From NCBI GenBank assembly GCA_963749915.1, contig CAVVOP010000005.1, positions 64,001-128,000 on the forward strand: 64,000 nucleotides of DNA, read 5' to 3'. The stretch comes from an uncultured cyanobacterium. GTDB lineage: Bacteria > Cyanobacteriota > Cyanobacteriia > Cyanobacteriales > Cyanobacteriaceae. Positions 9,923 through 20,715 of this stretch are shown one piece after another (position 1 is the first letter of the stretch; each line of letters starts with the position of its first letter). The notes under the pieces were generated by a model. That model was not told the origin of the DNA. It ran no database searches and worked only from the letters and a program-made list of their open reading frames with translations. Both the position numbers and the translations under genes were made by a program.

Positions 9923-10576
9923 ATGAATAAATATTATCTTGTTAGTATGACCCCATCGATACTTGCTATTTTATTAAGTTCTCAGTCAGTGTTGGCTAGT
10001 CTATTTGACAGACCTGATTTTTTTGAACAAGGTCGAAAGCAGTTTGAACAAGAAATTCGTAGATTGCAAAGTGGACAATCTGTATCCGAGTCCCCTTTGA
10101 AAGTAAATATCGACTCTGTCTCTTGGATGAGGTTTATATTCCGTAAAGAGGGATTTACAACCATGATGCCAGCAGGAGCGATTACCCAAGAAACAGAAAT
10201 GGTTAAAACCCCAAAGGGACAAATTGAGTTTGATTTAATTGCAACCCACCCACCAGACTCTCGTTTTGTGGTCGCATATTCAGAGGTATTATCTGCTGAG
10301 CAAGTTGCCGAACCATCTGATGTCTTGGACTGGTCTAGTAACTATATTATGGAAAATACAGCTGGTGGATTTACTAAGACCTTAGAAGAAGATATTATTT
10401 TCAACAACTATCCAGGCAGAGATTTCACTCTCAAAAATCAAGGCGAAACGATTATGTTTCGACTGCTTTGGATTAAGCAACGTCTCTATGTTTTGGCTGT
10501 AAGTCAAGAGAAACAGGAAATATCTCAGGAAATGGTGACCAAATTCTTCGATTCATTTGAAATTTTACCGAAATGA
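9923..10576 (+). CDS. Hypothetical secreted protein (PsbP/DUF1795-like fold possible)
   Basis: Signal peptide; YPGRDF and 'KFFDSFEIL' C-terminal pattern. Confidence 0.6.
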   Translation: MNKYYLVSMTPSILAILLSSQSVLASLFDRPDFFEQGRKQFEQEIRRLQSGQSVSESPLKVNIDSVSWMRFIFRKEGFTTMMPAGAITQETEMVKTPKGQIEFDLIATHPPDSRFVVAYSEVLSAEQVAEPSDVLDWSSNYIMENTAGGFTKTLEEDIIFNNYPGRDFTLKNQGETIMFRLLWIKQRLYVLAVSQEKQEISQEMVTKFFDSFEILPK

Positions 10577-10653
10577 TCTCCTAAGGGTTTTATTGTAGGA
10601 AAAGATAATTTTTAACTGATTCATTTTGGGTACAAGCCCCCACTAATTGTCTT

Positions 10654-10693
10654 TAATTTTGAATTGATAATTTTGAATTTGGAATTGTTTGAA
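10654..10693. repeat. Degenerate heptamer tandem repeat (TTTTGAA-like STRR)
   Basis: ttaattttgaattgataattttgaatttggaattgtttgaa. Confidence 0.45.
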
Positions 10694-10803
10694 AGTGAGA
10701 TCCTAACTATTCAAACCGCACAACTTCTGATAATATACGATCGATACTGTGCTATTCCCCACAGAGACTATCTAAGACCCATTGTAACTAGGAAGAACTA
10801 TTG

Positions 10804-11721
10804 ATGCCCAAAATCGGCGTTATTTACAACGATATTAAACCGATTGCTTGTAAAGTGACAGAAGACTTACAAAAGCAATTAGAAGGTAAAGGTTATCAAG
10901 TGTGTTTAGCAACTGGTTACGCTGGTATTTTAGGATATTCTTATCCCGATCGCCCAGTGTGTCATAGTCCTATTGAACAAATCGCCCCAGCAGGATTTGA
11001 TGGGGACATGAGTTTTGCTATCGTCTTGGGAGGTGATGGTACAGTTTTGTCGGCTTCTCGACAAGTTGCACCTCATGGTATTCCCCTTTTAACGGTCAAC
11101 ACAGGACATTTGGGGTTTTTGACGGAAATTTATCTAAATCAACTTGCTGGGGCATTGGAGCGGGTTTTAAGTGGTAAATATGAAGTAGAAAAACGCTCGA
11201 TGATGAAAGTTAGGGTTGTTCGACACCAGACTTCTTTGTGGGAGGCTCTATGCTTGAATGAAGTCGTCGTTCATCGAGAACCATTGACAAGTATGTGTCA
11301 TTTTGAAATTGCCATCGGCAGACACTCTCCCGTTGATATTGCCGCCGACGGGGTGATTATTTCGACTCCAACAGGTTCAACGGCCTATTCTTTGAGTGCT
11401 GGAGGTCCGGTTGTTACACCTGATGTCCCTGTCTTTCAACTGGCCCCTATTTGTCCTCATTCTTTGGCTTCTCGCTCGTTAGTTTTTTCTGATCAAGAAC
11501 CTGTTACTATTTATCCTGCCACTCCTAATCAAATGGTGATGGTGGTAGATGGTAATGCCGGTTGTTATATCCTACCAGACGATCAAGTCCAAATTGTGCG
11601 ATCGCCTTATGATGTTAAGTTTATCCGTTTACAATCCCCAGAATTTTTCCGTATCCTCAGAGAAAAACTAGGTTGGGGTTTGCCACATATAGCGAAACCG
11701 ACATCGGTAGAATTACCTTAA
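10804..11721 (+). CDS. nadK: NAD(+) kinase
   Basis: GGDGT, NE, GHLGFL and [20 protein letters not shown] motifs. Confidence 0.95.
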   Translation: MPKIGVIYNDIKPIACKVTEDLQKQLEGKGYQVCLATGYAGILGYSYPDRPVCHSPIEQIAPAGFDGDMSFAIVLGGDGTVLSASRQVAPHGIPLLTVNTGHLGFLTEIYLNQLAGALERVLSGKYEVEKRSMMKVRVVRHQTSLWEALCLNEVVVHREPLTSMCHFEIAIGRHSPVDIAADGVIISTPTGSTAYSLSAGGPVVTPDVPVFQLAPICPHSLASRSLVFSDQEPVTIYPATPNQMVMVVDGNAGCYILPDDQVQIVRSPYDVKFIRLQSPEFFRILREKLGWGLPHIAKPTSVELP

Positions 11722-12791
11722 TTGTTAATTGTTATAGATCGCTTAGGTTTCAGATACAAATTTTCTAAGATCACTCCTGCCGCCGCAACCCAAGGGGGCA
11801 CAATTAAAGCTCCCAGAATACCTATTACCTGAACTCCCCCTAACACCGCTAAGAGTTGATACAGTGGTTGTATTTTGACACTAGATCCCACTAATAAAGG
11901 ATCTAACACATAAGTTTCTACATTTTGAATGATGACAAATAATAAAAATACCCACCAAAAAGTCCAACCGCCCTGTGCGATCGCCACGATTAAAGCGGGG
12001 ATTGAACCCAAAACGGGACCAAAAAAGGGAATTAAATTGGTAAAACCGGCAATCACCCCTAAACCGACTGCAAACTCTGTAATGCCAATAAATTTTAGGC
12101 CGACAGTGATAGCAATTCCCAAAATTAATGATACTAATAACCTACCTTGGATATATCTTCCCATGCGACTAGCCATAAAAGGAAATTGAGCTTCTAGTTT
12201 AGTATCCCAAGGGGAAGGAAAGATACTGACAAAATCCTTGATTAATGTTCTCGAACCTGCCAACATATAACCAGAGAAAATAATAGAGAGTAGGATATTG
12301 AACACTGCACCAACAAGGCCTTTAGTGACACCTAAAGAGCTGACAATTAACTTTTGACTCCATCGTGCTGCCCATGCGGTCAAAGCCTGTAAATCTAGCC
12401 ATTGATCAATTAAATTTAAGGCTTTCGGTTCGGTAATACCAAAACGAATAATCAATGACTGGGTTAAATTAGTAATAATATCCAAATAAGTCGGCAATTT
12501 TTGTAATAATCGTTGAATTTGAGTGATTACCGTGGGTCCAATAATTAATCCTCCTCCTGTAAAAATCAAAACTATTAGTAAATAGGCTAAAATAACCGCT
12601 AGCCAACGAGGAATCCGTATTTTTTCGCCATAGTCAACAATGGGTGCTAAAGTGGCCGCTAAAACAGCAGAAATCATTAAAACAACCAGTAAGCCTCTTA
12701 ATTGCCATAACAGAATGATAGATAATACCGTTACAGTCACTAAGGCTATACTACCCAAAGAAATAGAAATCAATCCCCTTGATTTATTCAT
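11718..12791 (-). CDS. AI-2E family transporter
   Basis: Multi-[13 protein letters not shown]; convergent 4-bp overlap with nadK. Confidence 0.85.
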   Translation of the reverse strand: MNKSRGLISISLGSIALVTVTVLSIILLWQLRGLLVVLMISAVLAATLAPIVDYGEKIRIPRWLAVILAYLLIVLIFTGGGLIIGPTVITQIQRLLQKLPTYLDIITNLTQSLIIRFGITEPKALNLIDQWLDLQALTAWAARWSQKLIVSSLGVTKGLVGAVFNILLSIIFSGYMLAGSRTLIKDFVSIFPSPWDTKLEAQFPFMASRMGRYIQGRLLVSLILGIAITVGLKFIGITEFAVGLGVIAGFTNLIPFFGPVLGSIPALIVAIAQGGWTFWWVFLLFVIIQNVETYVLDPLLVGSSVKIQPLYQLLAVLGGVQVIGILGALIVPPWVAAAGVILENLYLKPKRSITINN

Positions 12792-12862
12792 TACATTTGA
12801 TCGCAGATAAAGAAAATTTGAGCAAATATAATTCTAAGACTTTAATTAGCATTTGCAAAAAA

Positions 12863-13567
12863 TTAAGACTCAAGGGAATCCGTAACTTTAACTCCATTTT
12901 TCTTAGAAAATCCCCAGGTAAACATACCGATAATGACACTAATCATTAACCATTCGGGGGGTACAATATTGGGATCGATTACTTTCAGGATTAATCTTAA
13001 ACCCACTAAACCCACTGTAATAAATCCAGCATCTTGCAAATAAATAAATTCTTCAATCCAACGAATAAATAGTTGAGCGAGAAACCGTAAGGCGATGACT
13101 CCGATCGTACCACCAGCAATAATTAACCAAATTTCATCGACTACGGCAATGGCAGTGGTGACGCTATCCAATGAAAAGGCTAAATCCGTAAAAGCAATGG
13201 TGGGGATGGCCTGCCATAAGTTGGGAAAGTTTAGTTTAGCGACATTTTCTTCTCCTTCATTATCATTACCTGTAAAATATTGAAAGGTCAACCATAATAA
13301 ATATAATCCCCCAAACAAAGAAAATTGCCAATATTTAATAACCCAAGTTGCTGTAACAATCAACGTAACTCTTAAAAAGTACGCCATTAATAAACCAATA
13401 TTTAAAGCATGATTTTGTTGTTTTTCCTCTTTTAAGCCTTGAGCAATAGAGGCTAAGGCGATAGCGTTATCTGCGGATAAAACGGCTTCCAAGGCAACGA
13501 GAATAATTAAAATAAAAACTGTATCAATACCAAAGTCAATAGAAGGGTGTAAAATTTGCTCAAGCAT
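12863..13567 (-). CDS. TerC family membrane protein
   Basis: LEAVLSADNA and DLAFSLDSV motifs. Confidence 0.9.
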   Translation of the reverse strand: MLEQILHPSIDFGIDTVFILIILVALEAVLSADNAIALASIAQGLKEEKQQNHALNIGLLMAYFLRVTLIVTATWVIKYWQFSLFGGLYLLWLTFQYFTGNDNEGEENVAKLNFPNLWQAIPTIAFTDLAFSLDSVTTAIAVVDEIWLIIAGGTIGVIALRFLAQLFIRWIEEFIYLQDAGFITVGLVGLRLILKVIDPNIVPPEWLMISVIIGMFTWGFSKKNGVKVTDSLES

Positions 13568-13785
13568 TCAGATTCTTTACCTTGTTCAATTTATGTTACT
13601 ATGCGATTAATAATTTACCGGGTGAAGATAATATCCGTTAGATTCCCAGTCTAAGTTAGCTTTAATTGATATGGTGTCATGGTTTCTGGCCATTTTTTCA
13701 TAGCTGATGATCTTTTTCCATACCAATAGTCCCAATAAATCTACTTCTATTTTATTCTGAAAGTATCTCTTTAGTATATATAATT

Positions 13786-14184
13786 ATGATCCTTGGATTT
13801 GATCCCGGTAGAGATAAATGCGGTTTGGCCATTTTAAATAATAATAAGCAAATTTTATATAATGAAGTCGTCCCTAGTGAAGAAGCGATAGCTGTGATCA
13901 CAAAACTAATCAATGAATATAAGCCTTTTAAGCTAATAATGGGCAATCAAACCACTTCTAAGCAGTGGGAAAAGCAATTAAAAGATAACTTAAAATTATC
14001 AGTAGAAACAATATTAGTAGATGAAAGAAATAGTACAGTAGAAGCAAAGCAAAGATATTGGAAAATGTATCCCCCTCAAGGATTAACCCGATTAATACCT
14101 CAGGGTTTAAGAATTCCCCCTCGCCCAGTAGATGATATTGTCGCGATCATATTGATCGAACGATATTTGAACGATACACAATAA
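13786..14184 (+). CDS. YqgF/RuvX-like RNase H-fold nuclease
   Basis: ILGFDPGRDKCG, VDERNST, PVDDIVA. Confidence 0.85.
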   Translation: MILGFDPGRDKCGLAILNNNKQILYNEVVPSEEAIAVITKLINEYKPFKLIMGNQTTSKQWEKQLKDNLKLSVETILVDERNSTVEAKQRYWKMYPPQGLTRLIPQGLRIPPRPVDDIVAIILIERYLNDTQ

Positions 14185-14263
14185 ATGGGTGCGACCTTTT
14201 TAAAAATAAGGTATGCCTAGTTTTTATTGATAATAGATTTTGACATGAGGGAAGATGGAATGG

Positions 14264-14548
14264 TTAATTGTTTTCCCTGTCTTCCCAAAGATATAAGAAA
14301 ATCATTAGGGCAACGACTGCTATTTGAATTAATAAATTGAGGATGTTATTAGAGATATTTTTCCCGGCAATTAACTGTATAAAAAAGATAAAAGCACCAA
14401 TGGCACCAGAGGCACCGATACCAAAATAAATAAATTTTCTCAACCCTTTATAGGGAGCTTCTGCTTCTGCTTTTAAATAGGCGTATTTTTTGGCATCTAA
14501 ATTATTTTTGTTATTGTTATTTATCTTATTTTTAAAATTATTATTCAT
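14264..14548 (-). CDS. DUF3493 (LPA1-like) membrane protein
   Basis: LKAEAEAPYKGLRKFIY followed by two TM helices. Confidence 0.75.
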   Translation of the reverse strand: MNNNFKNKINNNNKNNLDAKKYAYLKAEAEAPYKGLRKFIYFGIGASGAIGAFIFFIQLIAGKNISNNILNLLIQIAVVALMIFLYLWEDRENN

Positions 14549-14622
14549 GTTTATTGATATTATTGAAATTATAAAATATTCAAAATTAGATGCTAGTTAT
14601 TAAGTTGAAAATAATTAATTTC

Positions 14623-15012
14623 TCAAGTTTTTTTGATAACAAAATGTTGTTTAATCATATCCCATAATGAGCAATCCCAATAATCATAATGACCGATGAT
14701 TAAGTTATCTTTTAATTTTAACTCACTTCTGCCAGAAACAGAAATAAATGGTTGCCAGGGTAAAGGACTATTCCATGACATTGTCCAACGGGTATCTATT
14801 TGGCTTTGATTTTCGTCTAGTTTTATTTCGTGCAATTTTAAGTTTAAATTTTTAAACCATTTTTTTAGAAAAACAATCATTTCTTGATATTTTTTTAAGC
14901 CATAAAAATTATAAATTGGATCTTTAAAATGAACATCTTCTGCATAGATACTGTAAGTTTGATTTTCTGGAAAATTTTGGTAATCTTGTTTAATAATTTC
15001 AACTAAGTTCAT
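14623..15012 (-). CDS. DUF2358 (SnoaL-like) protein
   Basis: YSIYAEDVHFKDP, TRWTM, PLPWQP, HYDYW. Confidence 0.8.
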   Translation of the reverse strand: MNLVEIIKQDYQNFPENQTYSIYAEDVHFKDPIYNFYGLKKYQEMIVFLKKWFKNLNLKLHEIKLDENQSQIDTRWTMSWNSPLPWQPFISVSGRSELKLKDNLIIGHYDYWDCSLWDMIKQHFVIKKT

Positions 15013-15085
15013 ATTTTTATCGTTAATTTAATGGATGGTAAATAAATAAGTGTTATATCTTTTATTATTTTCGTAATTTTATTGT

Positions 15086-16597
15086 CTAAAAATGAAGCTC
15101 TTGGGTGTGACTTTTTTCAATTTCTAAAATAATTTTCGGTTTTAATTCTTCCAAATCTAGTTTCAGCTTTTTTCTACTAATAACTGCTTCTTCATTATGT
15201 TTTACGCTTATCATATTGCTTACCGATGCCCATTGTTTCAGGTTGGTTCGTTGTTTAAGCATCACTTTTAAGGACAAGAAATCAATGCATTTTTCAGGTT
15301 TTTCGAGGGCAAAAAAGAGAATAAAATATTCTTTATAATCGCTTAAAGCATTGACCACTTGTTGACCAATGTTAGTTTTTAGGTCTAAATAACAGGGTAA
15401 CCAACGAGCGCCATATTCAGGGCTATATAATACTGTTAGCCATAAAATCATCGGATGGGGATAACTTTGAAAGAAAAATTGATTGTAACGAATATTATTT
15501 TTTCTTTTCTTAATATCTTCCTCCTCTAACATAGTGCAAATAGTGGGTAAAATTTCCTTTTTATAGATAAGAATACGAGGAAAAACTATTTTTTGAATAG
15601 GTTTATTCCCAGGCCATTTACTAGCTAATAAAAATTTTTCTAAGGTTGATTTATATTGATTTTCAGATTTATTTACTTGAACGTTAACAAAAGAAGTGTC
15701 ATTGTCATTTGAAGTAATTTTACTAGCAATCATACCTAATTTTTGGAGAATTTCACCGGCACTTTGAGGACGATTAGAAGGAGATTTTTCCAGACAACGT
15801 AAAACTAATTTTTCTAATTCCAAAGGGATGTTTAATTCGGGAGGAAATTTGGCCGGTGTTAACTCTGTATGAGCCTTATACCAATCCGCCATGGTGTCTA
15901 TTTCTAAATTCCAGGGGTATTTTTTGCTCAACATTAAATACATCACCATGCCTAAACTATAAATATCTGAACGATTATCTAACTTTTTTTCCAGCAGTTG
16001 TTCTGGGGAACAATATCGGGGAGTACCGACGAAACTCTCTGTTTCTCCTTCTTCATTTTTAATTAATTTAGCAATACCAAAATCTAATACTTTGATTGTT
16101 GATTTTCCTGTTTCTTCTTCTTCAACAACATAAATATTGCTAGGTTTAAGATCTCGATGGATAACAGGACTAATTTCTCCTTCAAAAAAAATACCATTAT
16201 GGGCAATTTCCATAGCACGACAAATTTGACAGGAATAATCCAGAAAATCCGTTAAAGAAAGATCGTGAATATCAATCATGTCACCCAGATTCTCACCATT
16301 AAGATACTCCATAACATAGAAAGGAACGTTATTTTCATCGACACCATAATCAGTTACTTTGATAATATTTTGACTTCTTTCAGAAAGCAAGGTGCTGATG
16401 GTGGCCTCTCTCTGAAACCTTTTGATCATTTTTACATCATCTAAAGCACGGGAGAGGACTTTTACGGCTACATTGTGATTTTTTGAGAGGGTATCTTCTG
16501 CTAGATATACTATCCCCATCGCCCCTTGACCGATTACTTCTTTTAATTTATAGCGTTGGATTAATAGTTTTTCGTTATATAAATCACTTTGATTCAT
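15086..16597 (-). CDS. Ser/Thr protein kinase, SpkA-like
   Basis: GQGAMG, VAVK, HRDLKPSN, DFG, GTPRYCSPEQ; C-terminal HPMILW...WLPCYLDLK domain. Confidence 0.9.
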   Translation of the reverse strand: MNQSDLYNEKLLIQRYKLKEVIGQGAMGIVYLAEDTLSKNHNVAVKVLSRALDDVKMIKRFQREATISTLLSERSQNIIKVTDYGVDENNVPFYVMEYLNGENLGDMIDIHDLSLTDFLDYSCQICRAMEIAHNGIFFEGEISPVIHRDLKPSNIYVVEEEETGKSTIKVLDFGIAKLIKNEEGETESFVGTPRYCSPEQLLEKKLDNRSDIYSLGMVMYLMLSKKYPWNLEIDTMADWYKAHTELTPAKFPPELNIPLELEKLVLRCLEKSPSNRPQSAGEILQKLGMIASKITSNDNDTSFVNVQVNKSENQYKSTLEKFLLASKWPGNKPIQKIVFPRILIYKKEILPTICTMLEEEDIKKRKNNIRYNQFFFQSYPHPMILWLTVLYSPEYGARWLPCYLDLKTNIGQQVVNALSDYKEYFILFFALEKPEKCIDFLSLKVMLKQRTNLKQWASVSNMISVKHNEEAVISRKKLKLDLEELKPKIILEIEKSHTQELHF

Positions 16598-16723
16598 AGT
16601 AAGTTTAGATGGTTTTCTTTAATTCATTATAGGGTTCTCTTCGGTTGGTCTGACTAAGCTTTTTGGCATCACGTCTGTTAATAATTAACAAGTGCTAACT
16701 AATTTAAATTCTAACCTCACTAT

Positions 16724-17797
16724 TCAAAACCAAGAAATGGAAAACTGTTCATCTTGGTAAAGTTTGCCTAATTCCTGAATATTCATTCTCGATGTTACTC
16801 CTAATGATAAAGGAGATCGCATATTATGATTAAAATGATCACAAGCCGCACAAGCAATCATAGCCGCATTATCAGTACAAAGTTTTAGAGGGGGGAAAAA
16901 CACCTGTAAATTGTGCCTATGGGCTTCTTGGTGTAAATGTTGCCTTAAACCACTATTAGCCGCCACGCCACCCCCCACAGCAATTTTTGTTAAATTTAAG
17001 TGTAAACAAGCCTTAATAGATCGTTTTGTCAAGGCTTTAGCCACAGTAGCTTGAAAACTAGCACATAAATCTGCAATGGGTAAACTATCAGGGTTTTCTT
17101 CTTTTAATCTCGTAATTAGTCTTAACATTGCCGTTTTTAACCCGCTAAAACTAGAATCATAGGGGTGAAAACCTTGATTATTAGGCAATGAAACCTTACC
17201 CTCCGGAAGTTTGAAAGCCTTTGGATTTCCCTCTTTTGCCAGTTTATCAATTACAGGACCTCCCGGATAAGGTAAACTCAACAACCGTGCCACCTTATCA
17301 AAAGCCTCCCCCGCCGCATCATCACGGGTTGAACCGATATTTTCATATACCCCGCGGGCCTTCACATGAATTAAGCTAGTATGCCCCCCAGATACTAATA
17401 AAGAAAGAAAAGGCGGTTCTAAATCAGCATTATTAAGATAACTGGCGTAAATATGACCTTCAAGATGATGAATTCCTAAAAATGGCTTATGATGAACCAT
17501 CGCCAAAGTTTTTGCCGCCGTTACTCCTACAATTAATGAGCCTACTAATCCCGGTGTCACTGTGGAGGCGATCCCATCAATATCAGTCCAGGATAAACCC
17601 GAATCATCTAAAGCCTTATCAATACAGGGATTAACCATTTCTAAATGTTGACGGGAAGCTAACTCAGGCACAACACCCCCATACTGTTCATGTAGATTAA
17701 TTTGTGACGCTATGACATTAGATAAAATATTACGATTTTTTACAATTGCGACGCTAGTTTCATCACAACTGCTTTCCACTGCTAAAATGACACTCAT
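16724..17797 (-). CDS. tsaD: tRNA N6-adenosine threonylcarbamoyltransferase
   Basis: ESSCDET, HHLEGH, LLVSGGHT, DDAAGEAFDK, TDNAAMI. Confidence 0.97.
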   Translation of the reverse strand: MSVILAVESSCDETSVAIVKNRNILSNVIASQINLHEQYGGVVPELASRQHLEMVNPCIDKALDDSGLSWTDIDGIASTVTPGLVGSLIVGVTAAKTLAMVHHKPFLGIHHLEGHIYASYLNNADLEPPFLSLLVSGGHTSLIHVKARGVYENIGSTRDDAAGEAFDKVARLLSLPYPGGPVIDKLAKEGNPKAFKLPEGKVSLPNNQGFHPYDSSFSGLKTAMLRLITRLKEENPDSLPIADLCASFQATVAKALTKRSIKACLHLNLTKIAVGGGVAANSGLRQHLHQEAHRHNLQVFFPPLKLCTDNAAMIACAACDHFNHNMRSPLSLGVTSRMNIQELGKLYQDEQFSISWF

Positions 17798-17947
17798 TAT
17801 TTAAGTAATTTGTTAAGAATAATAAATTTTCTTCTTATTACTTTACTCCATTTACTAATCACAGTAAGATCGCATTTGAAGCCATTTTTCAGCTTCATTT
17901 TTTGTAACAAAAACTTATTGTTTCGACAAAAATAAGGAAACAATTCT

Positions 17948-18454
17948 ATGGGTAAAATATTCAGTTTAGTATTAGCATTCGCTCTTTCCGTGACTTTGTG
18001 GGCAAATTTCCCTCCTACCGCACAAGCAGATTTATCACATTTAACTCCTTGTAGTGAATCTGCGGCATATCAAGCTAAAGCCAAAAGCTTCCGTAACACT
18101 ACCGATGATCCCACATCTGGCAAAAAACGTGCTGAAAGCTATAGCCAAGCACTTTGTGGCCCTGAAGGCTATCCCCATTTAGTGGTAGATGGCAGATTAG
18201 ATCATGCCGGTGACTTTATCATCCCCGGTGTATTATTCCTTTATATCGCTGGTTGGATTGGTTGGGTAGGCCGTGCCTATCTCATCGCCATCAGAGAAGA
18301 AAAAGATACAGAAATGCGTGAAATCATCATCGATGTACCTCTCGCCATCAATAAAATGTTATTTGGTTTCTTGTGGCCTTTACAAGCATTCAAAGAGTTT
18401 ACCTCTGGTGAATTAACAGTAAAAGATTCGGAAATTCCCGTTTCTCCTCGTTAA
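17948..18454 (+). CDS. psaF: Photosystem I subunit III
   Basis: [32 protein letters not shown]-terminal VSPR. Confidence 0.97.
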   Translation: MGKIFSLVLAFALSVTLWANFPPTAQADLSHLTPCSESAAYQAKAKSFRNTTDDPTSGKKRAESYSQALCGPEGYPHLVVDGRLDHAGDFIIPGVLFLYIAGWIGWVGRAYLIAIREEKDTEMREIIIDVPLAINKMLFGFLWPLQAFKEFTSGELTVKDSEIPVSPR

Positions 18455-18496
18455 TTTTTGCTGTTCATTTTTAACTAATTATTAGGAGAAATTTTG

Positions 18497-18625
18497 ATGA
18501 AAGATTTAACAACCTTTTTATCTACTGCCCCTGTTTTAATAACTGCTTTGTTGGTTTTTACCGCAGGTTTATTAATCGAATTTAATCGTTTTTACCCTGA
18601 TCTTTTATTCCATCCTATGGGCTAA
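18497..18625 (+). CDS. psaJ: Photosystem I subunit IX
   Basis: Own translation [49 protein letters not shown]; follows psaF; not in ORF track. Confidence 0.97.
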   Translation: MKDLTTFLSTAPVLITALLVFTAGLLIEFNRFYPDLLFHPMG

Positions 18626-18652
18626 ATTTTTAACTAAAAATAGATTAATATA

Positions 18653-18708
18653 GAGGTACGATCCATTTTTGGCGATGGCTGAAAGCGCCACTGTGGGATC
18701 GTGCCTTT
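18653..18708 (+). terminator. REP-like hairpin / probable psaFJ terminator with an inner stem-loop
   Basis: AGGTACGATCC...GGATCGTGCCT outer stem enclosing TGGCG...CGCCA. Confidence 0.55.
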
Positions 18709-18776
18709 GTGATCAATGAACAATTAATTATTTTCTCCTAGTCTCCCCTGTCTTTTTTAAGACCTAACTCACTGCA

Positions 18777-19229
18777 ATGGCCAATTTTTTTGAATTTGAA
18801 ACAGATTTTGTCGATTCTTTGCGTTGTATTCCTATGATTGTCAGGTTTAAACTTGATACCTGTGGGGTAAAATTAAAACTTAATCACTGGCATAATTTCA
18901 ATCAAATTGAGAGGGAGTCCTTAGTTCATAAACCTTGTTTAACTCCCCAAGAAATAGAAGAATATCGTCAACATTTGCAAGAATTAGTATTGTTTAAAAC
19001 AGGAGAATATGCTAAGGAATTAAATATTGATCCTCATCCTGAATGGTTAGACATAGAAAAAATTCCCATTGATTTACAGGAAAAAGCTCAAGAATTTGAT
19101 TTTCAACTAAATTTATCTCAATGGCAAAACTTGACACCTTTACAGAGATTTGTATTAATAAAATTGAGCCGTCCTAGTCATGAAAATCGTAATTTTTTAC
19201 CAGCTTTACAAGAGTTTAATTTAGTTTGA
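18777..19229 (+). CDS. narM: Nitrate reductase-associated protein
   Basis: FFEFETDFVDSLRCIPMIVRFKLDTCGVKLKL and SRPSHENRNF. Confidence 0.85.
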   Translation: MANFFEFETDFVDSLRCIPMIVRFKLDTCGVKLKLNHWHNFNQIERESLVHKPCLTPQEIEEYRQHLQELVLFKTGEYAKELNIDPHPEWLDIEKIPIDLQEKAQEFDFQLNLSQWQNLTPLQRFVLIKLSRPSHENRNFLPALQEFNLV

Positions 19230-19309
19230 TATCAAATCCGGTTAATTGCACATAGATGCAATTTAGTTACTACTATTCATAAAGGACCTTTTGAGATACT
19301 TGCGTACGA

Positions 19310-20602
19310 CTAATAACTGACTGCTTGATAATAATCTCTTGTACCTTTAGCAGACATCGCCTCATTTAAACGATTAAGGGCATGAATATAAGCAGAAGTG
19401 CGCATATTAACCCCAAATTCTTGAGAAATACGCCAAACTGCTTCAGTTTCTTCGATCATTCTGACTTTTAATCTTTCCTGTACTTCTATTAAACTCCAAT
19501 ATAAACCGTTACGATTTTGTACCCACTCTAAATAGCTTACTGTCACACCCCCTGCATTGACCAAAATATCAGGAAAAACATGGATACCTTTGGCATCTAA
19601 AATGGCATCTGCGGAAGAGGTTATAGGACCATTAGCAACTTCAAAGATATATTTTGCTTGAATTTGATCAGCGTTATTTTCTGTTATTTGTTTTTCTAGG
19701 GCTGCGGGAATTAAAACATCGACATCAAGGGTTAATAATTGTTCATTGGTAATTACTTCGTGCTCAACAATATTGCAAACACTATCTTCACAGTAAACCC
19801 CCTTAACGCTAGAGTTATTTCGTTTATATTGACGAATACTCGGTATATCTAAACCCTGTGGGGCATAAATACCCCCTTGAGAGTCACTGACAGCAACGAC
19901 TTTATAACCCGCTTTGCCTAACAATTCCGCAATTTCTGCCCCCGCATTCCCAAAACCTTGTACTGCTATTGTAGTTTTTTGGGGGGGTTGACCAAATTTC
20001 GGCAAAGTCGTATTCATGACATGAAATGCTCCCGTAGCCGTTGCGGTATCTCTACCTTGACTGCCTCCCATAGTTAAAGGTTTCCCTGTTACTACACCGA
20101 GAGAAATCCGACGGCAAATGATACTATATTGATCCATCATCCAACCCATAATCATCTCATTGGTGTAAACATCAGGTGCTAAAATATCGACATCTGGACC
20201 AATAAAATCGGCGATCGCCTCAATATAACCTCGACTTAATCTTTCTAATTCTGCTTTAGATAATTCTTTAGGATTAACAGTAATCCCCCCTTTTGCACCA
20301 CCAAAGGGAAGATTTAACAAAGCACATTTGAAAGTCATCCAAAAAGCCAGAGATTGAACTTCATCAAGGCACACAGACGGATGATAACGAACTCCTCCCT
20401 TACCTGGTCCTCTGGTGTCATCATATCTTACTCGATAACCCTGAAAAATTCGCAAAGAACCGTCATCCATGCGCACAGGAATAGAAACATTAAGACTAGC
20501 TTTAGGGTATTTCAGCCTTTCACTAGCATCTTCAGAAATTGATACATATTTCAACGCCTGTTCTAATCTGACACTAGCATCTGCCAATAAGGACCGAGAC
20601 AT
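19310..20602 (-). CDS. gdhA: Glu/Leu/Phe/Val (glutamate) dehydrogenase
   Basis: GPGKGGVRY, GGAKGG, VQGFGNAG, NAGGVTVSY. Confidence 0.9.
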   Translation of the reverse strand: MSRSLLADASVRLEQALKYVSISEDASERLKYPKASLNVSIPVRMDDGSLRIFQGYRVRYDDTRGPGKGGVRYHPSVCLDEVQSLAFWMTFKCALLNLPFGGAKGGITVNPKELSKAELERLSRGYIEAIADFIGPDVDILAPDVYTNEMIMGWMMDQYSIICRRISLGVVTGKPLTMGGSQGRDTATATGAFHVMNTTLPKFGQPPQKTTIAVQGFGNAGAEIAELLGKAGYKVVAVSDSQGGIYAPQGLDIPSIRQYKRNNSSVKGVYCEDSVCNIVEHEVITNEQLLTLDVDVLIPAALEKQITENNADQIQAKYIFEVANGPITSSADAILDAKGIHVFPDILVNAGGVTVSYLEWVQNRNGLYWSLIEVQERLKVRMIEETEAVWRISQEFGVNMRTSAYIHALNRLNEAMSAKGTRDYYQAVSY

Positions 20603-20715
20603 AATTTTAATCCCTTAAAACTTTCTTGTACTATTTTTATTTAAGCACCTCAGGAGAGCAAAAAGCAATGTATGGGAGAATGGCATTTCCCCAAGTAATT
20701 AATAACAATCAATAA

